Shown here: positions 45,967 through 56,960 of the stretch, one piece after another
Layout: the number at the start of each line of letters is the position of its first letter
Numbering within the stretch: the first letter of the stretch is position 1
NCBI GenBank assembly: GCA_963727895.1
Contig: CAVSHT010000004.1
Span: forward strand, 320,001-384,000
DNA length: 64,000 nt
Direction of reading: 5' to 3'
DNA from: an uncultured Methanosarcinaceae archaeon
GTDB lineage: Archaea > Halobacteriota > Methanosarcinia > Methanosarcinales > Methanosarcinaceae
Made by a program: the position numbers and the translations under genes
The notes under the pieces: model-generated
What the model was told of the DNA's origin: nothing
The model's database searches: none
Seen by the model: only the letters and a program-made list of their open reading frames with translations

Positions 45967-46823
45967 GGTTCCGTTGCAAAAAATATCTGCTAAGGATATA
46001 ATTAAAATAAAAATGAAATCAAAGATAGTGATATGCTATCTAATTCCTTTAAATGGAAGCACTTTGTTGGTGAAATTATTTTATTGAATGTTAGATGGTA
46101 CTTAAAATACCCACTTAGTTATGGAAATTTAAAGGAAATGATGGCAGAAAGAGGGATAATAGTCAACCATACAACCATTATGAGATGGGTACATCAATAT
46201 TCACCTGAAATCGAAAAGAAGGTCAGAAGGCATTTAAGACCAACTAATAACTCTTGAAGAGTTGATGAAACTTACATCAGAGTTAAAGGTGAATGGAAAT
46301 ATTTTTACCGAGCAGTTGACTCAAATGGAGATACAATTGATTTCATGTTAAGTGCAAAACGAGACCAAAAAGCAGCAAAACGTTTCTTTAAGAAAGCTTT
46401 GAACTCTAATCATAATCAAATTCCAAGAGTAATCACAGTTGACAAAAATCCAGCTTATCCACCTGCTATAGATAAACTGAAAAATGATAAAATACTACCT
46501 ATAAACGTAGGCATTCGACAAATCAAATATTTGAATAACATTATAGAACAGGATCATAGATCCATTAAACGAATAGTTAATCCAATGTTAGGATTTCAGT
46601 CTTTTCATACAGCCATTAAAACTTTAAAAGGAATTGAAGCTATGAATATGATTAAAAAAGGACAAATCAAGAACTTAAATTACTCTGGCTTTAATGAAGC
46701 TAAATATATTAATCAATTATTTGGAATAGTTCTATAATATTGACATATCTTTTTGAATATTTTAACTTTTATTCATTATTCATAGATTTACAGGCTTATT
46801 CTAAGATTTTTTGCAACGGAACC
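45967..46823 (+). mobile_element. IS6-family element, copy E (nonsense mutation in transposase)
   Basis: Same IRs; TGG>TGA at 46255-46257 splits the ORF. Confidence 0.95.
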
Positions 46824-47123
46824 GAATTGTTTATATTTGGTTTTAGTTGTAGTTAGGACTGAAGGTATCTGTACATATCCAGACAGGTCATTATAAGACT
46901 GTAAGCTATAATAAGATGTTTAATACGAAAAAATACTATATTTTAACTTTATTTTTTGAAAAACTAAAACATAGAAGAAGAACTTTGTTTTTAAGAGGTC
47001 ACAACAAAAAAGCAGAAAAACAGTTATAATAATATACACCAAAACACAATTAATAATTTTGATTAGTTTTGAGATAATCGGGTGACAGAAAAATATGTGA
47101 AAAATAATTAAGGACCTATCTTT

Positions 47124-48707
47124 ATGAATATTGTTAAACTCTTTAGGACCAGAAGTAAAATAAAATTTTCAAGTTTTATCTCAGGTTTTATTCTTATTTT
47201 TCTACTTGCCTGGACTATTCTTCCTGCTTCAGCCGCAGGAATAGAAGCAAGCCGAGAACTCTCTGCTAGAAGTGTTTATCCAGGTGAAAGTTTTGCGGTG
47301 ACTGTAAACATAAAGATAGACCAGGATATTGAAGCCCTTACACTTGATGAAGACCTTCCTGATGGATGGCAGATAAGCCAGAGAGGAAATACTGTTACTG
47401 CGTTCCAGAACAGCAGCACATTTAAAGAATCTACTCTTGAGTGGATATGGACCGAAAATCTGTCAACTGGAGAAGAAAAGACAATTGTATACAATGTAAC
47501 TGTGCCTTCGAATTCCAAGCCTGGAAACTTTACATTATCTGGCAATATTTCTGCTTATTCTGTCCCTGCTGCCCCTGTAAAAGGATCTTCAGAAGTAACA
47601 GTGGCATCTCAGATAGCAGAAGCAAATTTTTCTGCAAATCCTCTTACGGGATATTCACCTTTGACTGTCCAGTTTACAGGTTTATCCACGATTAGTCCTG
47701 ATTCATGGGAGTGGGATTTTGATGGAAATGGGAACATTGACTCAAAAGAAAAGAATCCGATTTATAGATATGAAAATCCCGGTAATTACACTGTAATATT
47801 AAAGACAACTAACAGTACGTATGGAAATAGTACCAGGACAAAAACAGGATATATAACTGTTATTGAAACATCACCCATTTTTGAAACAAGTAAAGAAAGT
47901 GACGAAAATGGAAGTAGTGAAGAAAGTAGCAGTCGTAGCAACAGTGGAGGAGGAAGCGCAAGTAGTGGAACAGAAAGCACTAGTAGCGGAGGAGGAAGTT
48001 CTAGTAGTGGAGGTGGGGGAGCTGCAGTTTCTCCTGAATCAACAAAGAATATCGAACTAAAGGAAATATCTAATGTACAAATATTCAAAGGTACTCACAC
48101 ATGTTTTACTTTTAAAAATGAAACAAATGAAATTGTTAGCGTGGAGTTTGATCCAAAAAAGAGTTTTGGAAAAACAACTGCTATTGTAGAGATGCTTAAA
48201 AATACTTCTTCAATTGTTAAGGAACCTGCCCCAGGAACTGTGTATAGAAATGCAAATATATGGATAGGAAACAGTGGTTTTTCAAGCTCTGAAAATTTTG
48301 AAAATGCCAGAATAAGTTTTAGAGTAAAAAAATCCTGGATTTCTGAAAACAACATCAATGAAAGTACAATAACCCTGTATAGATACGATCAGAATTCATG
48401 GAATAAATTACCTACAACTCTTAGTGGAGAAGATGAGATTTATCTTTACTTTACCGCAGAAACTCCAGGATTTTCTCCCTTTGCAATTTCAGGCACTGAA
48501 AAGAAAATTCAATCAATAGAGATATCTCCAGCAAAAATAAGAGAAAACCAGACCCAAAATAAAGTAACAATGTCTGATATAGAAAAACAGGAAAATATGA
48601 CTTCAAATCTAAAAAATAACGAAAATAAAAGTTCTCCAGGATTCGAAGGAGCCTTTACAATTGTTGAATTACTAACTTTATATGGTATATTGAAGAAAAA
48701 AAAGTAG
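47124..48707 (+). CDS. Cell-surface protein with PKD and PGF-pre-PGF domains and PGF-CTERM sorting signal
   Basis: Signal peptide, PLTVQF/WDFDG PKD, Ser/Gly linker, AETPGFSPFAI, C-terminal SPGF-hydrophobic-KKKK. Confidence 0.92.
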   Translation: MNIVKLFRTRSKIKFSSFISGFILIFLLAWTILPASAAGIEASRELSARSVYPGESFAVTVNIKIDQDIEALTLDEDLPDGWQISQRGNTVTAFQNSSTFKESTLEWIWTENLSTGEEKTIVYNVTVPSNSKPGNFTLSGNISAYSVPAAPVKGSSEVTVASQIAEANFSANPLTGYSPLTVQFTGLSTISPDSWEWDFDGNGNIDSKEKNPIYRYENPGNYTVILKTTNSTYGNSTRTKTGYITVIETSPIFETSKESDENGSSEESSSRSNSGGGSASSGTESTSSGGGSSSSGGGGAAVSPESTKNIELKEISNVQIFKGTHTCFTFKNETNEIVSVEFDPKKSFGKTTAIVEMLKNTSSIVKEPAPGTVYRNANIWIGNSGFSSSENFENARISFRVKKSWISENNINESTITLYRYDQNSWNKLPTTLSGEDEIYLYFTAETPGFSPFAISGTEKKIQSIEISPAKIRENQTQNKVTMSDIEKQENMTSNLKNNENKSSPGFEGAFTIVELLTLYGILKKKK

Positions 48708-48900
48708 TCAAATGAGAATAGAGATAAATGAGGAAAAAATGTGCCTATCAAGTTTGGGTAAAATCTTTCCTTTTCAGAATATATTTTTTCTTCAATTATT
48801 CTCTCATTTCTAACTGCTTGATATAAAAACTTATGACTTGAAACAGAAGTTTAGAGCTTGAAACAGAAGCCTCTGTTATTTTAGTTCTTTTTTCTTCTTC

Positions 48901-49842
48901 TCATATATATCCACATTGTTCAAGCCAGGTAAGCGACCTTATCCATTCCCCTTTTGGCTCTCTTGAAGTGCCTACTACAAGCCGCTTTATATCTCCGACT
49001 TCTTCGACAATGCCGCAAGCTTCTATAATTTCCCCAGGAAGTGCCTGACCTGCATAAGTATGGGTATATGAGAGTACGTGGTCGATTTCATCGTGCTCGA
49101 CTTTGTAATATGCAGGGCTGTCAAAGGCAAAGTCGGCATTTGTAACTTTGGCTTCGATTTTCATTTTGACGGTGTCTTTTCCGCGCAGAAGAGGCTCTTT
49201 TATCTGGTCCCACTCCCTTACGAAAAGAAGATCAAAATAAGTGCCATCAACCATGCCCCTGTTGCCTTTTCTGGACTCGTGGAGCATGAATTCGTCAAAT
49301 GAAATCTCCGGAATTCTCTTTCTGTAGATTCTCTGCCACATTTCTTCATCAATTTCTTCAATGGGACCTTCCTGTTGTTTTGCAGCAGTTATTGCATCCC
49401 TTGCCCTGAACCATACAGGACCATATACAACAAAGTCAATATCCGAACTCTCATTCTGGAGACCTGCAAGCATCGAACCTGTAACTCCCATGCTTGTTCT
49501 GGGAATGCCTGCCAGATCAAGTGTTTTTACAATTGCCCTTACGCGGTTGTCAGAATTTACAAGTTTGGGAATCACGTCTGAAGGACGAAGCACCTGCTTT
49601 ACCTCGGATTCAGGAACTACATGAACATCCTGAACCCATTCAGGCCTGTGCTTCCTCATGAACTCAAAAGCCGGACCAAAATCGTATTTTTTATATCTAA
49701 TTCCATTTAACTCCCTCTCCCCGTTCTCATCGGGCACATAGCGGAGCGTGGCCCGGATTCCATCACTACGGAAATAGTCGGAAACCGCAAAAAGCCAGTT
49801 ATCTTTCGTGACAAGAAAATCTCTCAGGCGTGTTTTGAGCAT
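48901..49842 (-). CDS. Archaeal nucleotidyltransferase-domain protein (COG1665-like)
   Basis: GVTGSML...SDIDFVVYG Pol-beta motif. Confidence 0.82.
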   Translation of the reverse strand: MLKTRLRDFLVTKDNWLFAVSDYFRSDGIRATLRYVPDENGERELNGIRYKKYDFGPAFEFMRKHRPEWVQDVHVVPESEVKQVLRPSDVIPKLVNSDNRVRAIVKTLDLAGIPRTSMGVTGSMLAGLQNESSDIDFVVYGPVWFRARDAITAAKQQEGPIEEIDEEMWQRIYRKRIPEISFDEFMLHESRKGNRGMVDGTYFDLLFVREWDQIKEPLLRGKDTVKMKIEAKVTNADFAFDSPAYYKVEHDEIDHVLSYTHTYAGQALPGEIIEACGIVEEVGDIKRLVVGTSREPKGEWIRSLTWLEQCGYI

Positions 49843-50200
49843 TTATACCATCATCCTGGAACTTATAAAAGTACCTAAGAGTACTCGGATTTAAGGAACC
49901 TTAACGTCCAGGGCTTTATAATAATTATAATAAATAGTCAGGAAATGTATTGTACCATTCCTGTATATAATTATCAGGTATAAACCTGTTAGTAAAAGCT
50001 TTCAGATAACTGCAGGATAAAAGCTTTTAAAAATCATTTAATACAGTAGCTTTTAAATAAATTACAAACTTTTGAAGAAACTATTTGAAAAATCCTACTT
50101 TGAAATACAACTATGTTTTAAGACGAAACTTTCTGGGTAAATAACATGCTTAACTTTTACAATAATGGAATATATATAGAGGAGTTTACAGATATTAAAT

Positions 50201-51520
50201 ATGGCAGATATATTAAACGGAACAGACTGTAGGTGCAGAACATCCGAGGTAATGCTTTTGAGAGAGAATCCGAGTGCAGAAGCGCTTGAAGCCTGGATTA
50301 TACAGCTCAGGCGCGAATTTCACAGATACCCCGAACTCAGTTTTGAAGAATATGAGACCCAAAAGAAAATCCTGAAAATACTTGGAGAACTGGGAATAGA
50401 AGCCAGAAAAATTGCAGATACCGGCGTACTTGCAAGTATTCGGGGAACACTACCGGGCCCTTGCATTGCCCTTCGTTCGGATACGGATGGATTACAGGTG
50501 CAGGAAGAATTAACTGGAAGAAATAATGACTATGTCTCCAGAAATGAAGGAGTAATGCACGCCTGCGGACATGATGGGCATATGGCAATGCTTTTTGGGG
50601 CTGCACGGCTTTTTCAGGAAAATAGGAATTTTCCAGGGGAAGTTCGCCTTATCTTCCAGCCTGCAGAGGAAATTCCACCAGGAGGTTCGGAAAGGGTAAT
50701 TGCAGAAGGAGGGCTTGAGGGTGTGGATGCGGTTATGGGTATGCACATCTTTACCAATCACGAATCAGGAAGTGTGGGTTTCCGTCCAGGACCTTTTATG
50801 GCAAGCACCAACAGATTTGAAATAACTCTCACAGGAAAGGGAGGCCATATCTCAAAGCCTGAAAGCTGTATTGATCCCGTCAGAATAGCAACGGATTTTC
50901 TTAGCAGCCTTTATCCTACTCTGGAAAAACGGCTTGAACCGGATAAGTATATCATTGGAGTTGGAAGGATTCGAGGAGGAGCCCAGTTCAATAGAATTCC
51001 TGATACTGTAGAAATTCTTGGAAGTTATCGGACTTTTGATCGGGAAACTACAGATATCATTGACAGGACAATAAAGGAACGTCTGGATGAGGTAGTAAAA
51101 AGATACGCAAAAGCAGGAGAAGAATTTTCAGGTTTTCCTGACTACAAGCTTGATATACTGCATGGATATCCTGTCCTTGTAAATGATCCTGTGTTCACAA
51201 ATGCTGTAAATTCAAAGCTGCAGGAGAGTTTTCCTGAACTTACAGTCTACCCTGAACTAGAAAAAACCTTTGCTGCCGAAGATTTTGCAAGTTACCTGCA
51301 GAAAGTTCCAGGAATTTTTATTTCTCTGGGCACCAGAAACCCGGAAAAAAAGATAGTGGAAATCAATCATTCATGCAAGTTTGATATTGATGAAGAGATC
51401 CTTATTACCGGCACGAAGATATTTTACACTGTATCTCTAGATTTTCTCAAAAATCCGGCAAAATATCTTAATTCTCAGAGTTATTTGAACCCTGGACCAT
51501 CAAAAAAGCCTGAAAACTGA
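50201..51520 (+). CDS. M20D amidohydrolase
   Basis: RREFHRYPELSFEE, MHACGHDGH, FQPAEE, AEDF. Confidence 0.92.
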   Translation: MADILNGTDCRCRTSEVMLLRENPSAEALEAWIIQLRREFHRYPELSFEEYETQKKILKILGELGIEARKIADTGVLASIRGTLPGPCIALRSDTDGLQVQEELTGRNNDYVSRNEGVMHACGHDGHMAMLFGAARLFQENRNFPGEVRLIFQPAEEIPPGGSERVIAEGGLEGVDAVMGMHIFTNHESGSVGFRPGPFMASTNRFEITLTGKGGHISKPESCIDPVRIATDFLSSLYPTLEKRLEPDKYIIGVGRIRGGAQFNRIPDTVEILGSYRTFDRETTDIIDRTIKERLDEVVKRYAKAGEEFSGFPDYKLDILHGYPVLVNDPVFTNAVNSKLQESFPELTVYPELEKTFAAEDFASYLQKVPGIFISLGTRNPEKKIVEINHSCKFDIDEEILITGTKIFYTVSLDFLKNPAKYLNSQSYLNPGPSKKPEN

Positions 51521-51556
51521 CAAATGAGCTAAAACTGCCATTTTGGAGCGAAATAG

Positions 51557-51994
51557 ATGATAATCGAGAGATACGATGATTCCAGAAAGGAAGAAGTCCG
51601 TGAGGTTGTGCTTGGAGTTTTGGCAGAACACGGTTTTGAACCAGACAGGTTAAAAGATGCCGACCTCAACGACATAAACGGTTACTATTTTGGAAGCGGA
51701 GGCGCATTTTTTATAGGAATCGTCGACTGTAAAGTTGTAGGCACGGCAGGTGTTCAAAAACTTAAAGGAAATTTGTGTGAAATCCGGCGTATATATCTTA
51801 AAAAGGACTTCAGAAGCAAAGGCAATGGAAAACGGCTTTTCAGGACTGCTCTCGATTTTGCTGAAAAAAACGGTTCAGGTGCGGTTCTTAAAACCGATTC
51901 AACTCTCACGAAAGCAATAGACATGTACCTCAAACACGGCTTCACTTTCAAGAAAGAAGAGAACGGGTACCTGTATTTTGAGAAAATGTTTTAA
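51557..51994 (+). CDS. GNAT acetyltransferase
   Basis: VVGTAG, EIRRIYL, RSKGNGKRL, MYLKHGF. Confidence 0.88.
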   Translation: MIIERYDDSRKEEVREVVLGVLAEHGFEPDRLKDADLNDINGYYFGSGGAFFIGIVDCKVVGTAGVQKLKGNLCEIRRIYLKKDFRSKGNGKRLFRTALDFAEKNGSGAVLKTDSTLTKAIDMYLKHGFTFKKEENGYLYFEKMF

Positions 51995-52132
51995 CGCCCG
52001 AATTCCGTCACCCGAGTTCCATCACCCGAGTCCCGTCACCCGAGTCCCGTCTCGGGAGGACGGTGACCTTTTTTCGCTACCCGAGTTTCGCTTCGGGAGC
52101 ACGAAGCCCTTTTCGCTTCGCTCAAGAGGGCT
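51994..52132. repeat. GC-rich 14-bp tandem repeat plus palindromes between convergent genes
   Basis: TCACCCGAGTCCCG-like x4, then CGGGAGGACGGTGAC inverted partner and AGCCCTTTT-CGCTTCGCTC-AAGAGGGCT hairpin. Confidence 0.8.
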
Positions 52133-52258
52133 GAATCATAAGAATCATAACAAAGACATTTAGATGAGACAAGAATATCTATTTGTAGAACATTTATTTG
52201 CCTTATGTGTGTATTTTTTGTAATCATCTTTATAATTTTATTTTTCTAAATAATTACA

Positions 52259-54254
52259 TTAACAGCCTTCTTTTTTCTCAAGGGCTTGTAGATATTCGAG
52301 GACAGCAAGGATGTAGGCTGAATGGGACCAGGCAAGGGGGAGAACTGAGAGAGATTTGCCTTTATCATCGATTTGTTCAGAGAAAAGACCTGTTGGGTGG
52401 GCGTGAACTGCACACCAGTTCAGGATTTCAAGAGCTCGGTCAAGATTACCAACTGCTGAATGCCATTGGGACAGCCAGAGAGTGCAGATAATCCAGCTGT
52501 TCATGTAACCAAAGTAGGTGTCGTGAAGATACCTGGCAATCCCGCCTGAAGGACGCTTAAGTTCACGTTCAATAGCCTTCATTGTCTGGACAATTCTGGG
52601 ATCATCGGGAGGGAGAATTTTAAAGTACCAGACCGCAAAGACCGAGGAATCAAGAGTTGGATCATCAAGAGAACGGCGGAAACGCTTTAGTCTTTTATCG
52701 TAAAGGTTCTCCAGAATTGATTTATGGATTCGATCTGCAGCTTCTTTCCAGATGTTTGCATTGTCATAATCGCCAAGAGAACTGGAGAGTTCATAGGCTC
52801 CATTGAGGCCAGCATAAACTGTACATGAACTATATGTATGCACACCCTTTCGCTCTTCCCATAAGTCAAAACTCGATATTGGGAGGTCTGTTTCTTTATC
52901 AATCGCTTTTGTAAGATAATTTGCTGTTGGGATCACAAGCCTTCGGTAGTATCTGCCAGTGGTCCAGACACTCTTTGAAATCTCCCAGTTGTTATACAGG
53001 GCATAAAGAGGAAGCCCTGTTTCATCTATCTGAATCATAGGGACAGGATGCCATGTGCTTCCGAAATCTCCTGCAGGCGTATACTTGTGAAGAAAGTTAC
53101 CTCTGGGTGTGATGACTTTTGAGAAAAACTCAAATGTCTCGGCGCTAAGGTGATGGTATCGCGCCCTATCGAGTGCAAGGCAAATCCAGGCGGCATCCCT
53201 GGGCCAGCAATAGCTGTAAAGGTCTGCTCCGAATTGCTTTATATCCGAATCGCAAGATGCAACTACCGAGCCCGTAATATCCATGTGAGCAACAACTGCA
53301 AGGAGACTTCCTATAAAAGCACTGAAAAATATTTTGGGGTAACTGAGACATTCGTGCAAATTCCGGAAGGACGGACACTCTTTCAGTAAACGAGTTCCAG
53401 AAATTGAAGTTATGATGAAAAAGAGCTTTTCCTCCAGCTTCTTTTTCCTGTTTATGAATCTGAAGCACACTGCAGTATTTTTTGCCAAGAATTATCCAGT
53501 AATGTATTCTTGTTGATTCTCCTGGCTTCAGTTCAGGGAGGGTCCAACCAAGAGTGGAATCTACAGAACCATGAGATACGGGATTTCCACTGAGAGAGGA
53601 GTCATTTTCCATATCTTTCCATGTGCCTTCAAGTCCTCTCCATTCTGCAGTCCCAACTGCATACTGGTCAAAAGCAGGATCACTTGCATGCAGAAAATAT
53701 CTGTCACGCTTGTAATGGATAAGCCTAGTTTTATCGATTACAGCAGTTTCTCCTATTTTGGTCTCAAGAATCCGATAATTCTGGTTTGAGAAAAGGCGTA
53801 AATGTTTAGATTCATTTGAAGTATTCATCACCTCAAAGGTCCTGTAAAAAATATTTACCGAAGGGTGAACAGCTTCCCAAACTGTAATTTTGAGTCCGAT
53901 CTCAGAATTTTCGAATACTGTTTCTCCTATATTTGAGATAATTCCCTTGCAGACCTCAGGAATTTGCCGGTTTCCTTCCTGACTACCGTATTTTTTATTT
54001 ATTTTCCTGCCCTCTCCTGAGTTTTCAAGAAGACGCTTGCAGAAGTCTTCCTTAAACTCGGATTTATATCTCTGTCGAATCTTCCAGTTTTCAAGCCAGC
54101 TACAATAAAGGGATTCAAGGTCACATATGCCAACTTTTATCGAATTTCCATGATTTTCGAGTCCTACATATGGAAAATATATATCCCTTATAATCCCTTT
54201 TTCGTCTTCACAGATCAGGATTCTCCCATTTCCGAAAATTAGAGGTCTAACCCC
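52259..54254 (-). pseudogene. GH15 glucoamylase-family protein; start codon lost and frameshifted
   Basis: VRPLIFGNG...DIYFPYVGLENH N-terminus preceded by GGG after a GGAGGT RBS; +1 shift ~53310; YSYCWPRDA, QIDETG, DLWEE, PLAWSH. Confidence 0.85.
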
Positions 54255-54558
54255 GATACCTCCTGTTTTCCTTTGTGAAAATACCCTATTACGAGAGATG
54301 AATTTATTACCTCAAATAGCTTAGTATAAAAAATTTGGTGAAAACTGGATTTTAGCCATAGAAATATTTTATCAAAAACATTAGTAAAAATAAATATACG
54401 TGTCAAATTTTCATCGTCTAAACGGCATTTAAGGGGAAATGTGTTTCTTTATATTCCGTTTTTAAAAAGTAAGAACAGACTCGTCAGTAGAAAACATTAA
54501 TTTCTTATTGAAGATATATATAAATTTAATAAGAATATTTATATTTTATTATGCTATC

Positions 54559-54624
54559 TTAGTAAATGTCTTATAGATAAATATTAAAAATTTAGTAAAT
54601 GTCTTCTAGACAAATATTAAAAAA
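54559..54624. repeat. Imperfect 33-bp tandem duplication
   Basis: TTAGTAAATGTCTT(A/C)TAGA(T/C)AAATATTAAAAA x2. Confidence 0.85.
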
Positions 54625-54654
54625 TTACTTACATACAGAAAGTACGTGTTTATA

Positions 54655-54816
54655 ATGTCTCACGTGAAAAAAACATGCCCCATTTGTGGAAAAGAATTCT
54701 TTGTCCTTAAAAAAGTTGAGGAAAAAGCAATTTACTGTACTCTGGAATGCCTGATAAAAGCTCAGGAGATGTATGAACCCAGAGAATTTTCCCAACCCCT
54801 GGTTGAGATCTTGTAA
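54655..54816 (+). CDS. Small CPxCG zinc-finger protein (53 aa)
   Basis: MSHVKKTCPICGKEFFVLKKVEEKAIYCTLECLIKAQ...; too short for the ORF track. Confidence 0.7.
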   Translation: MSHVKKTCPICGKEFFVLKKVEEKAIYCTLECLIKAQEMYEPREFSQPLVEIL

Positions 54817-54888
54817 GGTAAGAAACAAAAAATGTGGAGAACTCCCTTATAAAGGGTTTTCCAATATTTTTTAGTTATAGAATCTCTT

Positions 54889-55518
54889 TTATTTTCCAGC
54901 AAGTTTTTTTGCAATTTGAGCTACATATCTGCCCTGATAACGAGCCATTTCAAGCTCATTCTCAGAAGGTTGACGGTTTTCATCAGCTCCTGCAATCGTG
55001 GAAGCTCCATAGGGACTACCACCTGTGATCTCATCCATACTTCTCTGTCGAGTTTCTGAATAAGGAAGCCCTACAATAATCATTCCTAGATGAAGCAGGG
55101 TAACATGTGTTGTTAAGATAGTAGATTCCTGACCTCCATGTTGTGTTCCACTGGAAGTAAAGATACTTCCAACTTTTCCAACAAGAGCATTTCTGCTCCA
55201 TAATCCTCCAAGACCATCAAAAACCGTACGCATCTGGGCTGACATATTTCCAAAACGTGTGGGTGTCCCAAAAATAATTGCATCTGCCCCTGCAAATACT
55301 TCTTCATACATGCTTCTGGTAACTACAGGAATATGCGAAAAAAGATTTTTTGTTTCGATTGCCCCCATTTTTTCCAGAACTTCATAAGGTAGAGTTTCAG
55401 GAACCTGATAAATCTCTACTTCAGCTCCTTCAACTTCTCTTGCTCCTTCGGCTATAGCTTCTGCCATTTTGTAAATATGACCATGAATACTGTGAAATAC
55501 AACGTTTACTTTAACCAT
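54889..55518 (-). CDS. wrbA: NAD(P)H:quinone oxidoreductase WrbA
   Basis: FGTPTRFGNM, TSSGTQHGGQE, GGSPYGAST. Confidence 0.95.
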   Translation of the reverse strand: MVKVNVVFHSIHGHIYKMAEAIAEGAREVEGAEVEIYQVPETLPYEVLEKMGAIETKNLFSHIPVVTRSMYEEVFAGADAIIFGTPTRFGNMSAQMRTVFDGLGGLWSRNALVGKVGSIFTSSGTQHGGQESTILTTHVTLLHLGMIIVGLPYSETRQRSMDEITGGSPYGASTIAGADENRQPSENELEMARYQGRYVAQIAKKLAGK

Positions 55519-55803
55519 TCAGATCCTCCATTAAGACCAATTGGGACGTAAATAAAATGATTTCAATAATAAAACGGATTAAGAATCCCCAGAAAAGTTA
55601 AGATTCCCTCTTAAAAATAGTTTTCTGATATTATATATCTTGTTAGCAAAAGTTAATTTTTTCTGACTAAGATTTGTGATCGACTTATTCCTAAGAGTCC
55701 TGTACTCCTAATTTACTTCATTAGTTAATTGCGAATATTTAAAAAAATTGAATGTGTATAGATTTCAGTAAATATAATCTATCAAAATAGTTATTAGGAT
55801 ATA

Positions 55804-56952
55804 ATGCTTTATAAGCTGGACATGCCCTCTCTTTCTATCGTAATGCCTTCCATGAATGAAGAAGAAACCATTCGAATTTGCATAGAAAAAGCTCAGTCTA
55901 TATTCAAAAAATATGGTTTAGAAGGAGAGATAATAATTGCTGACAACTCTTCAGACAGGACTGCAGAGATTGCGTCATTAATGGGTGCAAAAGTCATAGG
56001 TCCAATAAAAGGTTACGGAAATGCTTACCTTAAAGGGCTGGCTGAAGCAAAAGGGGACTATATTGCTATTGCCGATGCAGACAATACATACGACTTACTT
56101 GAGTTGGATAAGTTCTTTGACCCACTTATGGCAGGAGAAGCAGACTTTATAATGGGAACCAGGCTTAAAGGCGACATCAAAAAAGGAGCTATGCCATGGC
56201 TGCATCAATATATAGGAAATCCTTTCCTGACAGCAATGTTAAACTTTCTTTTTAAAACAAAAATCTCGGACGCTCACTGTGGAATGCGAGCTTTTACAAA
56301 AGAAGCACTTGAGAAAATGAACCTTAAAACTCACGGCATGGAGCTTGCATCTGAGATGGTAATTGAGGCTGCAAAATGTGGATTGAGAATTAAAGAAGTT
56401 TCCATAACTTATTATTCACGAAAAGCTCCTTCCAAACTGCGTTCATTTCACGACGGCTGGCGTCATATCAGGTTTATGATGTTATACCGCCCTCTACCAT
56501 TTCTTCTTCTGCCTGGAGCTGTAGTTTTTGTTCTTGGTATTTTGGTAATCTGTTCTCTTCTGTTTAGTGGTGAAGGAGCACAAAACAGACTCCATTCATT
56601 TATTTTAGGCTGTATGCTCTTAATTATGGGAGGACAGACTCTATCTACTGGAAGCTATATGAAAATGTATAGTCTTGTCCGGGGTGGGCACCCTAAGAGT
56701 AAAAACATTAATTCAAAGTGGCTGAACTATCATTCTCTTGAAAAAGAGTTGCTTGCAGGTTCAATAATCCTGGGTGTAGGAATTTTGCTCGGACTAAGAG
56801 TAATATACACATGGATCAGTTCAGGGTATGGATCTCTCTCAGAAGTGAAAAGTGCAGCTGTTTCTATGGTTTTTGCTTTTATCGGTCTTCAAATGATTTT
56901 TTCAGCTATTGTCCTGAGCGTAATGCTTCTTGAAGTAGATACTGACTGGTAA
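55804..56952 (+). CDS. GT2 glycosyltransferase with C-terminal TM helices
   Basis: SIVMPSMNEE, GYGNA, DADNTY, SDAHCGMRAF; start may be 55822. Confidence 0.9.
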   Translation: MLYKLDMPSLSIVMPSMNEEETIRICIEKAQSIFKKYGLEGEIIIADNSSDRTAEIASLMGAKVIGPIKGYGNAYLKGLAEAKGDYIAIADADNTYDLLELDKFFDPLMAGEADFIMGTRLKGDIKKGAMPWLHQYIGNPFLTAMLNFLFKTKISDAHCGMRAFTKEALEKMNLKTHGMELASEMVIEAAKCGLRIKEVSITYYSRKAPSKLRSFHDGWRHIRFMMLYRPLPFLLLPGAVVFVLGILVICSLLFSGEGAQNRLHSFILGCMLLIMGGQTLSTGSYMKMYSLVRGGHPKSKNINSKWLNYHSLEKELLAGSIILGVGILLGLRVIYTWISSGYGSLSEVKSAAVSMVFAFIGLQMIFSAIVLSVMLLEVDTDW

Positions 56953-56960
56953 GTGGTATA

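Noticed and set aside
54625..54828. 67-aa minus-strand ORF
   Set aside because: The opposite strand encodes the more convincing CPxCG zinc-finger protein
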